A DNA stretch of 42,451 nt from Actinomycetota bacterium (lineage in GTDB: Bacteria > Actinomycetota > Actinomycetes > Nanopelagicales > Nanopelagicaceae): NCBI GenBank assembly GCA_947452525.1, contig CANGCW010000001.1, positions 1 through 42,451 on the forward strand, written 5' to 3'. Under the pieces are notes generated by a model. That model was given only the letters and a program-made list of their open reading frames with translations. It ran no database searches and had not been told where the DNA came from. A program made the position numbers and the translations under genes. Of the stretch, positions 21,253-28,491 are shown piece after piece (within the stretch, counting starts at the first letter, position 1; each line of letters starts with the position of its first letter).

Positions 21253-22328
21253 TACTTTGCTCCTGATTCAGCTGCAGGGGCGTGGAGTTTCTCGCGCTTC
21301 TTACGAGGCAAGATTCCATCCGGACGGAAGTTCATGATGATTACCAATGTCAATCCAAAGACGAGTTGACGAGCATTGGAGATAAAGCGAATGCGCTCTG
21401 GCAGATAGGCAAGGAATACGCCACCAAGGACGACTCCCCAAATATTTCCAATTCCACCAAAGACGACACATGAGAGGATCAATACCGAGATGTTAAATGT
21501 GAAGGCGTCAGGTGATACATAGAGCGTCTTCGAGGCATAGACAACGCCTGCTGCACCGCCAACACCGGCTCCCAATGTGAATGACCAAATCTTGTACTTA
21601 AGAGTTGGCACACCCATGAGTTCTGCGGCATCTTCATCTTGGCGAATCGCTTCCCACGCGCGTCCTGGACGACGCACAGACAGGCGACGAATCATCCAAA
21701 TAGTAAGAAGGATAAGAATGAGAACAAACCAGTAGAACGAGTTTGGCGTCATGATATTAAAATCAAGTACTCCGACTGGTGTATGGATTGATGGTGGATT
21801 TGGAACGTTCGCCATTCCATTAGGTCCACCGATCTTCTGGGTGTTAAGAGCAGTGATTCGAACAATCTCACCAAAACCCATCGTCACAATTGCGAGATAG
21901 TCGCCACGAAGTCGGAGGGTAGGAATACCGAGAAGAACGCCGGCAATCATTGCAAATGCAATTCCGAGCGGGAGGATCTCCCACGTGTTCAAATCCGTCC
22001 ACTTGCCACAGATGGCCATTGTGTATGCACCAATTGCGAAGAAGGCTACGTATCCGAGGTCAAGCATTCCCGACTTGCCAACCACGATGTTGAGACCAAG
22101 TGACATCAAGACGAACATGCCTACTGGGTAGACCAAGACGTCGGCGAAATTACTGATCGGTGTATTGAGGAAATTAGAGAATGAGTAATTGCCTGCGAAT
22201 GGAAGCGCTCCTGCAAGAAGAATCATTGCAATTCCAAAGCTGGTGCGCTGGAAGCGATTCCAGCCGCTCCAGATAGCGGCGCCCTTATCGCGGATGTTGA
22301 AGTTACGGAGTGAGTTTTTAGTTGACAT
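21252..22328 (-). CDS. livM: branched-chain amino acid ABC transporter permease (LivM type)
   Basis: Polytopic membrane protein. I prefer the ATG at 22328 (MSTKNSL...), 4 nt after the livH stop, over the track's start at 22385, which would overlap livH by 53 nt. Its stop overlaps the livG ATG (TAATG). Confidence 0.9.
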   Translation of the reverse strand: MSTKNSLRNFNIRDKGAAIWSGWNRFQRTSFGIAMILLAGALPFAGNYSFSNFLNTPISNFADVLVYPVGMFVLMSLGLNIVVGKSGMLDLGYVAFFAIGAYTMAICGKWTDLNTWEILPLGIAFAMIAGVLLGIPTLRLRGDYLAIVTMGFGEIVRITALNTQKIGGPNGMANVPNPPSIHTPVGVLDFNIMTPNSFYWFVLILILLTIWMIRRLSVRRPGRAWEAIRQDEDAAELMGVPTLKYKIWSFTLGAGVGGAAGVVYASKTLYVSPDAFTFNISVLILSCVVFGGIGNIWGVVLGGVFLAYLPERIRFISNARQLVFGLTLVIIMNFRPDGILPRKKREKLHAPAAESGAK

Positions 22329-22332
22329 GTAA

Positions 22333-23280
22333 TTAGACCCTTGACTGCTGAATGGCTTCACCGAAGAGGCCGTTAGGACGGACAAGAAGGACGAGTACTA
22401 AGACAACGAAGACGGTGATTGCCTTCCACTGGGAGCCGAGCACTGCAGAGGCGTAAGTCTCGAGCAGGCCAAGGGTTAATCCCCCGACAAAAGCGCCGCG
22501 GATATTTCCGATTCCGCCCAGTACAGCAGCGGTAAAGGCTGCGATACCGATATTGAAACCAATATTAAACTTTGTTGCTTCATACACTGTCTCGAAGAAG
22601 AATGCTGCTGCGCCAGTCATCAGACCACCGATAAGGAAGGTGATGGAGATGACGCGATTGAGGTTAACTCCCATCAACTTTGCAGTCTCTTCGTTCATCG
22701 ACACGGCACGGATACCCTTTCCGAGGCGGGTGTGATTCACGAAGCGTTGCAGGCCGAAGAACATAATTGGCGCGACGATAAAGACGAGGAGTTGATCTAC
22801 TCGGATATTCGCACCGAGCACCGTGAAGAGCGAGCTCTTATGGAGCATCTCCGGCGCAATAGTGGCGCGACCAGCGGTGAGAAGTGAGACTGACTCACTC
22901 AAAACAATTGACATGCCGATGGCCGAGATGAGCGGTGCAAGTCGATTGGTGCCACGCGAACGCAAGCGTCGATAAGCAACGAGCTCCACGATGACCGCGG
23001 TAATGCCTGATGCAAGCATGGATGCGATGAGACAGAAGAGCATGGAATAGATAAGTGTGAAACCGTGGAGATCTCCGGAGTTAGGTTGATGTCCGAGGAT
23101 GTCACGAGAAACTACGATTGTGGCAAAGGTTCCGACCATGAAGATCTCGGAGTTCGCAAAGTTAATCATGCGAAGCACTCCGTAGACCATCGTGTATCCG
23201 AGCGAGATCAGGATATAGATAAATCCCTGGACTGCTCCGGAGAATGTTAACTGCCAGAACTGACTTATGAGGGTATGCAA
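22333..23280 (-). CDS. livH: branched-chain amino acid ABC transporter permease (LivH type)
   Basis: 315 aa, polytopic, with a LivH-like N-terminus (GAVQGFIYILISLGYTMVYG). TTG start with GGAG 7 nt upstream. Confidence 0.92.
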   Translation of the reverse strand: MHTLISQFWQLTFSGAVQGFIYILISLGYTMVYGVLRMINFANSEIFMVGTFATIVVSRDILGHQPNSGDLHGFTLIYSMLFCLIASMLASGITAVIVELVAYRRLRSRGTNRLAPLISAIGMSIVLSESVSLLTAGRATIAPEMLHKSSLFTVLGANIRVDQLLVFIVAPIMFFGLQRFVNHTRLGKGIRAVSMNEETAKLMGVNLNRVISITFLIGGLMTGAAAFFFETVYEATKFNIGFNIGIAAFTAAVLGGIGNIRGAFVGGLTLGLLETYASAVLGSQWKAITVFVVLVLVLLVRPNGLFGEAIQQSRV

Positions 23281-23367
23281 GTCGGTCTCCTTGATGGATG
23301 CTAGTTGTTGCGGGCGTTCATTCTGGAGCCATAGCGTCTCCAGGCAATGGTGGAACTCTATACGAGG

Positions 23368-23399
23368 AAAAGGCCGCTCAGCGTACTGAGCGGCCTTTT
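23368..23399 (-). terminator. intercistronic hairpin (terminator/attenuator) between livK and livH
   Basis: Perfect 14-bp stem (15 bp with the flanking G-C). As RNA it reads AAAAGGCCGCUCAG-UACG-CUGAGCGGCCUUUU with a UNCG-type tetraloop and a U run on the 3' side. It begins 37 nt after the livK stop. Confidence 0.7.
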
Positions 23400-23436
23400 C
23401 TTACTAGTACTTACTCTCGTAAATCAGATTAATAAA

Positions 23437-24591
23437 TTAGATCTGACCCTTTGAGATGATTGCGCCACCTGTGACGAGGAAGGCGTTGATGAAGCCAGCG
23501 CCTGCTGTGTCGCCATTCTTATCAAACTTGATGGTGTTGCCCATCAAGCCTGTGAATGTGCCGGTGTTGATGCACTTCTGAATCTTTGCGCGAGTTGTGT
23601 TGCCCTTCTTGATGCAGGTAAGGATGATATTTGCTGCATCGAAGTCTTCTGTTGCATAAGTTCCTGGAGCGTTTCCTGTGACCTTCTTGAAGTCAGCAGA
23701 GATTGCCTTGCCAGCATCCTGGAATACTGCTGATGAAGCTGTAAGGCGTGCGCCTTCTGCTGCATCTCCAGCGCCATCGATGAATCCTGGGTCATATGTA
23801 CCGTCGCCTGATGCGAAGATACCTGTGAAGCCAGCATTGCGAAGCTGCTTAACGAAGCCAGCTGCCTGTGCGTAGTAACCAGAGTAGATTACGACGTTTG
23901 TCTTTGAATCCTTGATCTTCGAGATTGTTGCAGAGAAATCAAGTGTGGTGTTTGTGCCATCAACTGAATCTGTGCCAACTGCTGCGTGACCAAGTGCCTT
24001 GAGTGCTGACTGAACGTAACCATCAAGTCCGGTTCCGTATGAAGACTGATCGTTGACTGTGTAAACAACTGGTGACTTAACACCTTGGATTGCATACTTA
24101 GCAAGAGCTGGACCCTGCTTGTCATCCTTAGATGGCAAACGGTGGAATACAGGACCGCCGAAGTCGGTTGATGAAGGGTCTGTCAAGGTAACGCGGGTTG
24201 CTGATGGTGAAACCAATGGCAATCCTGCAGCCTTGTAGTAAGGGAAAGATGCAACAGATGCGCCAGAGAAAGCAGGTCCCACGATTGCGAGGATGCTCTT
24301 GTCCTTAGCTGTTCCTGGTGCAACAACAGATGCGCCTGGGCCTGAACCCTGGTCATCAACTTGCTTGAGGCCGACCTGCGCCTTTGGGTTAGCCTTGTTG
24401 TAAAGAGCGAGCGCATACTTAACGCCTGCGATCTCATCAAGACCTGTCTGCTTGTTATCGCCGGTCAATGGACCTTGGTAAGCGATGTAATACTTATATG
24501 TTGCAGCGTGAGCTGATGTTGCGATTGCGCCACCTGTTACGAGTGATGCCACTGCAACAAGAGCGACGCCAAGCTTTGTCTTCTTGTTCAT
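23437..24591 (-). CDS. livK: branched-chain amino acid ABC transporter substrate-binding protein (LivK/type I PBP)
   Basis: 384 aa counted from the ATG at 24591 (MNKKTKLGVALVAVASLVTGGAIATSAHA signal peptide), which has a GGAAGG SD 6 nt upstream. The track's start at 24645 adds 18 aa and has no SD. Confidence 0.9.
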   Translation of the reverse strand: MNKKTKLGVALVAVASLVTGGAIATSAHAATYKYYIAYQGPLTGDNKQTGLDEIAGVKYALALYNKANPKAQVGLKQVDDQGSGPGASVVAPGTAKDKSILAIVGPAFSGASVASFPYYKAAGLPLVSPSATRVTLTDPSSTDFGGPVFHRLPSKDDKQGPALAKYAIQGVKSPVVYTVNDQSSYGTGLDGYVQSALKALGHAAVGTDSVDGTNTTLDFSATISKIKDSKTNVVIYSGYYAQAAGFVKQLRNAGFTGIFASGDGTYDPGFIDGAGDAAEGARLTASSAVFQDAGKAISADFKKVTGNAPGTYATEDFDAANIILTCIKKGNTTRAKIQKCINTGTFTGLMGNTIKFDKNGDTAGAGFINAFLVTGGAIISKGQI

Positions 24592-24779
24592 GTAGACCTT
24601 CCTGATATTGCGTTTATAGGCAAACATGCATCCTGCAGGAGTCATGCTTACAATCCCGGGACAGGGAGGATTGAAGGTTAATGGCTCAAGTGGCCCCCGA
24701 CAAGGGGTGAGACTGAGTATTTCACCTGCTGAGATGTGCCGTTTGATTACGGCAACTGCGAACGATTCCTGTTTTGCGA
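24592..24779 (-). promoter_or_regulatory. 188-nt structured leader of the liv operon, downstream of pdtaR
   Basis: Non-coding. It contains a 6-bp hairpin with a hexaloop (RNA UGCCGU-AAUCAA-ACGGCA, 24737-24754) plus GGUGA/UCACC and CCCC/GGGG pairings. Function is unknown. Confidence 0.4.
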
Positions 24780-25373
24780 TTAATTCTTATCCGGAACGGC
24801 ATCCGGAGAGATGACCGCCTGGGCCACTGCCTTCATGGAGATACGGCGGTCCATAGCTGCTCGCTGAATCCAACTAAATGCCTGAGGCTCGGTCAAGTTG
24901 AGGGCGCTCATGAGTATGCCCTTGGCCCGGTCGATAATCTTCCGGGTCTCGAGGCGCTCGTGGAGATCTGCCACCTCTTGAGTGAGCGAGAGCATCTGAG
25001 CGTGACGGCTTATAGCGATTTCAATGGCTGGAACGAGATCGTTAATGCCAAAGGGTTTGACGACGTAGGCCATGGCGCCGGCATCTCGCGCACGATCGAC
25101 GAGCTCTTTCTGGCTAAATGCGGTGAGCATGAGAACTGGAGCAATCTCAATAATCGATTCCGCGGCCGTGATGCCATCCATCTCCGGCATCTTCACATCC
25201 AAGATGGCTAGGTCTGGCTTAGTCTCCTTAGCGAGCGCTATCGCCTCCACGCCATTTGTCGCCTGGGCGACGACCTCATAGCCGGCATCGCGGAGCATCT
25301 CCACCAGATCAAGGCGGATGATCGCTTCATCCTCGGCAACAAGGATGCGCGCAGGCGGCGTTGAAATATTCAT
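24780..25373 (-). CDS. pdtaR: ANTAR-domain response regulator (PdtaR type)
   Basis: 197 aa. The receiver domain has ILVAEDE, phospho-Asp context LAILDVKMP, and VVKP. The C-terminal ANTAR domain reads LETRKIIDRAKGILM...AFSWIQRAAMDRR. Confidence 0.93.
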   Translation of the reverse strand: MNISTPPARILVAEDEAIIRLDLVEMLRDAGYEVVAQATNGVEAIALAKETKPDLAILDVKMPEMDGITAAESIIEIAPVLMLTAFSQKELVDRARDAGAMAYVVKPFGINDLVPAIEIAISRHAQMLSLTQEVADLHERLETRKIIDRAKGILMSALNLTEPQAFSWIQRAAMDRRISMKAVAQAVISPDAVPDKN

Positions 25374-25374
25374 G

Positions 25375-25447
25375 TGCCTCGAGTCGGACTCGAACCGACA
25401 CTGTGCAGATTTTGAGTCTGCCCTCTCTACCGTTGGAGTACCGAGGC
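25375..25447 (-). tRNA. tRNA with anticodon CAA (Leu by the genetic code) but an atypical class-I architecture and no encoded CCA
   Basis: Hand-folded 73-nt cloverleaf. Acceptor GCCUCGG/UCGAGGC, then U8. D arm CUC(C)/(A)GAG with loop AACGGUAG. Anticodon stem GCAGA/UCUGC with loop CUCAAAA. 5-nt variable loop ACAGU. T arm GUCGG-UUCGAGU-CCGAC. Discriminator A. Confidence 0.85.
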
Positions 25448-25485
25448 TAACGCTGCTACTCCACTCCTCGTTGAAGGCGCGGTTT

Positions 25486-25518
25486 AGCAGGGCAAGTTTA
25501 AGGGGCTACTCCCCTGCT
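25486..25518 (-). terminator. possible pyk terminator hairpin(s)
   Basis: Two alternative pairings are possible: AGCAGGG/CCCUGCU (7 bp, long loop) or the inner GGGG-AGUAG-CCCC followed by UUAAACUU. Both are weak. Confidence 0.25.
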
Positions 25519-25531
25519 TGGCTACTTGCTA

Positions 25532-26983
25532 CTACTTGCGGTAAGCGGCAGCTACGCCAGTAACCGCATCACCAATCTTGTGGGCGCGGAGCGCATTTGT
25601 TGAGCCGGGAATTCCTGGAGGCGCACCAGCAACGATGATGACGTACTCACCCTGTTGAACGCGACGCGAATCAATAAGGAGGGTATCCACCTGCTTCACC
25701 ATCTCATCGGTGTGATCCACTGTTGGAGCGATCAGTGGTTCGACACCCCAAGAGAGAGCAAGCTGGTTATAGACATGCTGGTTTGGAGTGAAGGCAAGAA
25801 TTGGGATGGCTGAACGCAGGCGTGACATTCTGCGAGCAGAGTCGCCGCTCTCAGTAAATGCTACGAGGTACTTCGCCCCAATGATTGCACCCACCTCGGC
25901 AGCCGCCTTAGTGATTGCGCCACCCTTTGTTGATGGATTGTGCTCGAGCGGCGGAATACGGTTGAGCATCGCTTCCTCTGTGCGAGCGATGATACGAGCC
26001 ATCGTCTTCACTGCATCAATTGCGAATGCTCCGACTGAAGTCTCGCCCGAGAGCATGAGCGCATCTGCGCCATCAAGAACGGCATTGGCACAGTCGGTAG
26101 CCTCAGCGCGAGTTGGCGACGAGTTAGTAATCATTGAATCAAGCATCTGAGTTGCAACGATGACTGGCTTTGCATTTTCGCGAGCGAGAATGACGCAACG
26201 CTTCTGAACCAGTGGAACCTCTTCAATTGGCATCTCGACACCGAGATCGCCACGAGCAACCATGATGCCATCGAAGGCGGCGACGATCTCTTCGAGATTA
26301 TCAACTGCCTGCGGCTTCTCAATCTTTGCAATGACCGGACGGCGAATGCCGACCTCATCCATGATGCGGTGAACATCGTCGATGTCGCGCGCATTTCGGA
26401 CGAAGGAGAGTGCGATGAAATCTGCGCCCGCCTTGAGGCCCCAGCGGAGATCGTCAATATCTTTCTCGGACATTGCGGGAACCGAGACCGCAACGCCTGG
26501 GAGGTTGATTCCCTTATTATTCGAGACAAAGCCAGGCTGAATTACTTCAGTGATGACATCGTTGCCCTTAACTTCAAGAACTTGCACTGTAACTTTTCCA
26601 TCATCAATGAGGATGCGATCCCCTGGACGACAATCCCCTGGGAGGCCTTTGTAGGTTGTACCCACGCGTTCCTTAGTTCCCTCAACTTCATCGGTAGTAA
26701 TGGTGAATCTGTCGCCACGGAAGAGCTCATGTGGTCCATTGGCAAAACGTGCAAGACGAATCTTTGGACCCTGTAGATCGACGAGAATCGCTACCGGCTT
26801 TCCTGCCTTCGCAGCTGCCTCACGGACGCGGTCGAGTCGAGCTTGGTGCTCGTCATATCCGCCGTGCGATAGGTTGAGGCGAGCCATATTCATACCCGCT
26901 TCAATCAACTCTGCGACCTTCTCAGGCGCCTCTACCGCTGGACCCATGGTGCAGACGATCTTTGCTCTTCTCATTGATGGCAT
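25532..26983 (-). CDS. pyk: pyruvate kinase
   Basis: 483 aa with N-terminal MRRAKIVCTMGPA, IMVARGDLGVEMP, and ATQMLDSM motifs. Confidence 0.97.
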   Translation of the reverse strand: MPSMRRAKIVCTMGPAVEAPEKVAELIEAGMNMARLNLSHGGYDEHQARLDRVREAAAKAGKPVAILVDLQGPKIRLARFANGPHELFRGDRFTITTDEVEGTKERVGTTYKGLPGDCRPGDRILIDDGKVTVQVLEVKGNDVITEVIQPGFVSNNKGINLPGVAVSVPAMSEKDIDDLRWGLKAGADFIALSFVRNARDIDDVHRIMDEVGIRRPVIAKIEKPQAVDNLEEIVAAFDGIMVARGDLGVEMPIEEVPLVQKRCVILARENAKPVIVATQMLDSMITNSSPTRAEATDCANAVLDGADALMLSGETSVGAFAIDAVKTMARIIARTEEAMLNRIPPLEHNPSTKGGAITKAAAEVGAIIGAKYLVAFTESGDSARRMSRLRSAIPILAFTPNQHVYNQLALSWGVEPLIAPTVDHTDEMVKQVDTLLIDSRRVQQGEYVIIVAGAPPGIPGSTNALRAHKIGDAVTGVAAAYRK

Positions 26984-27033
26984 ATCTCAACCTTAATCTA
27001 TGGATTTCGAACTCATGAGTATTACGGTGTGAA

Positions 27034-28491
27034 TTAAATCGCGAGCGGCCTAGCAGTTGGCTCAATCGGTGCAGGAAGTTGGGTCTCCCCCATCAAATAG
27101 GTATCGACCGCAGCTGCGCAACTACGCCCCTCGGCAATCGCCCAGACGATGAGTGATTGACCGCGACCAGCATCCCCTGCAACGAATACACCCTCAGAGT
27201 TTGTTGCAAAGTTTGCATCGCGCTTAATATTTCCGCGCTCATCAAGTTCAACTTCGAGTTGCTCAAGAAGTGCGCTCTTCTCGGGACCGACAAAGCCCAT
27301 GGCGAGGAAGACGAGATCGGCTGGAAGTTCTCTCTCAGAACCTGGAACCTTCTCAAACTTTCCATCTACAAACTTTGTCTCAACAATCTTGATGGCACGA
27401 ACGCGACCTTCACCATCGCCAATGAACTCTTCTGTTGAGAGTGCATAGAGTCGTTCGCCACCTTCTTCATGGGCGCTACTTACGCGATAGATCATTGGGT
27501 AGGTAGGCCATGGCTGTGATGATGGGCGCTCTTCGGTTGGTCGAGGCATAATCTCAAGTTGCGTGACGCTCGCTGCGCCTTGACGCGTTGCAGTACCAAG
27601 ACAGTCAGCGCCGGTATCGCCGCCACCAAGGATGATGACGTGCTTTCCCTTTGCATCGATAGGTGCACCCTCTGGGAGTTCTCCGAGGCCTAACTTATTT
27701 CCCCAAGGGAGGTATTCCATCGCCTGATGGATACCTGATAACTCGCGACCACGGACGTTGATATCGCGCCATGATGTAGATCCAACCGCGAGAACAACTG
27801 CATCGTACTTACTACGGAGTTGTGCGCCGGTGATATCAACACCTGCTTCAATTCCTGAACGGAATCGAGTTCCTTCTGCCTGCATCTGATAGATACGACG
27901 ATCCACAATCGCCTTCTCCATCTTGAACTCAGGAATTCCATAACGGAGCAACCCGCCAACGCGTGGTGCGCGCTCGTAGACAGCGACAGTATGTCCTGCG
28001 CGCGTGAGCTGCTGAGCAACAGCCAGACCTGCTGGACCGGAACCGACAACTGCAACAGTCTTTCCGGTTAGACGATCTGGACCCTGCGGCTCGACCACAT
28101 CGTTCTTAAATGCCTCTTCAATAGTGCGAAGTTCAATCTGCTTAATTGTTACAGCGGGTTGATTGATGCCAACAACACATGCAGTTTCGCAGGGAGCTGG
28201 GCAGAGGCGGCCGGTGAACTCTGGGAAGTTGTTGGTGGCATGGAGACGTGCAATCGCTTCGCGGCGCTCCCCTCTCCACATCAAGTCATTCCACTCAGGG
28301 ATGAGGTTGCCTAGCGGACAACCCATGTGACAGAAAGGAATTCCGCAATCCATGCAACGTCCTGCCTGCTTCTGGAGATGCGAGAACTCCTGAGGCTCGT
28401 AGACCTCTTTCCAATCTTGAATACGTACATCAACTGGACGCCTCGTTGGAAGTTCACGGGGCGTAGTGAGAAAACCTTTTGGATCAGCCAT
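27034..28491 (-). CDS. gltD: glutamate synthase small subunit (NADPH)
   Basis: 485 aa with Fe-S cysteine clusters (CMDCGIPFC, CPAPCETAC) and the dinucleotide fold VAVVGSGPAGLA. The ATG overlaps the gltB stop (TAATG). Confidence 0.96.
   Translation of the reverse strand: MADPKGFLTTPRELPTRRPVDVRIQDWKEVYEPQEFSHLQKQAGRCMDCGIPFCHMGCPLGNLIPEWNDLMWRGERREAIARLHATNNFPEFTGRLCPAPCETACVVGINQPAVTIKQIELRTIEEAFKNDVVEPQGPDRLTGKTVAVVGSGPAGLAVAQQLTRAGHTVAVYERAPRVGGLLRYGIPEFKMEKAIVDRRIYQMQAEGTRFRSGIEAGVDITGAQLRSKYDAVVLAVGSTSWRDINVRGRELSGIHQAMEYLPWGNKLGLGELPEGAPIDAKGKHVIILGGGDTGADCLGTATRQGAASVTQLEIMPRPTEERPSSQPWPTYPMIYRVSSAHEEGGERLYALSTEEFIGDGEGRVRAIKIVETKFVDGKFEKVPGSERELPADLVFLAMGFVGPEKSALLEQLEVELDERGNIKRDANFATNSEGVFVAGDAGRGQSLIVWAIAEGRSCAAAVDTYLMGETQLPAPIEPTARPLAI

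Noticed and set aside
22329-22385. N-terminal extension of livM by 19 aa (ORF-track start at 22385).
   Set aside because: It would overlap livH by 53 nt. The internal ATG at 22328 lies 4 nt after the livH stop, matching the tight coupling seen throughout this operon.
24592-24645. N-terminal extension of livK by 18 aa (ORF-track start at 24645).
   Set aside because: There is no SD before 24645. The ATG at 24591 has a GGAAGG SD at proper spacing and begins a typical signal peptide (MNKKTKLGVALVAVA...).
24592-24779. A canonical ANTAR target motif (two tandem hexaloop hairpins with A1 and G4) in the liv leader.
   Set aside because: Only one clean hexaloop hairpin is present, and its loop (AAUCAA) lacks G at position 4. 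No second hexaloop hairpin follows within a short linker. I kept it only as a low-confidence hypothesis, not as an identified motif.
25375-25447. Reading the tRNA on the plus strand, where the loop UUUUGAG would give a Gln UUG anticodon.
   Set aside because: The plus-strand version lacks U8, the GG D-loop and the TTCRA T-loop. The minus-strand version has all of these (U8, AACGGUAG, UUCGAGU, U33), so the gene is on the minus strand with anticodon CAA.
27007-27022. A LexA/SOS-box half-site TCGAAC upstream of pyk, together with a general search for SOS boxes near the uvr genes.
   Set aside because: The second half-site (GAGTAT) does not match GTTCGA. No full TCGAAC-N4-GTTCGA palindrome was seen by eye upstream of coaE-uvrB, uvrA or uvrC.
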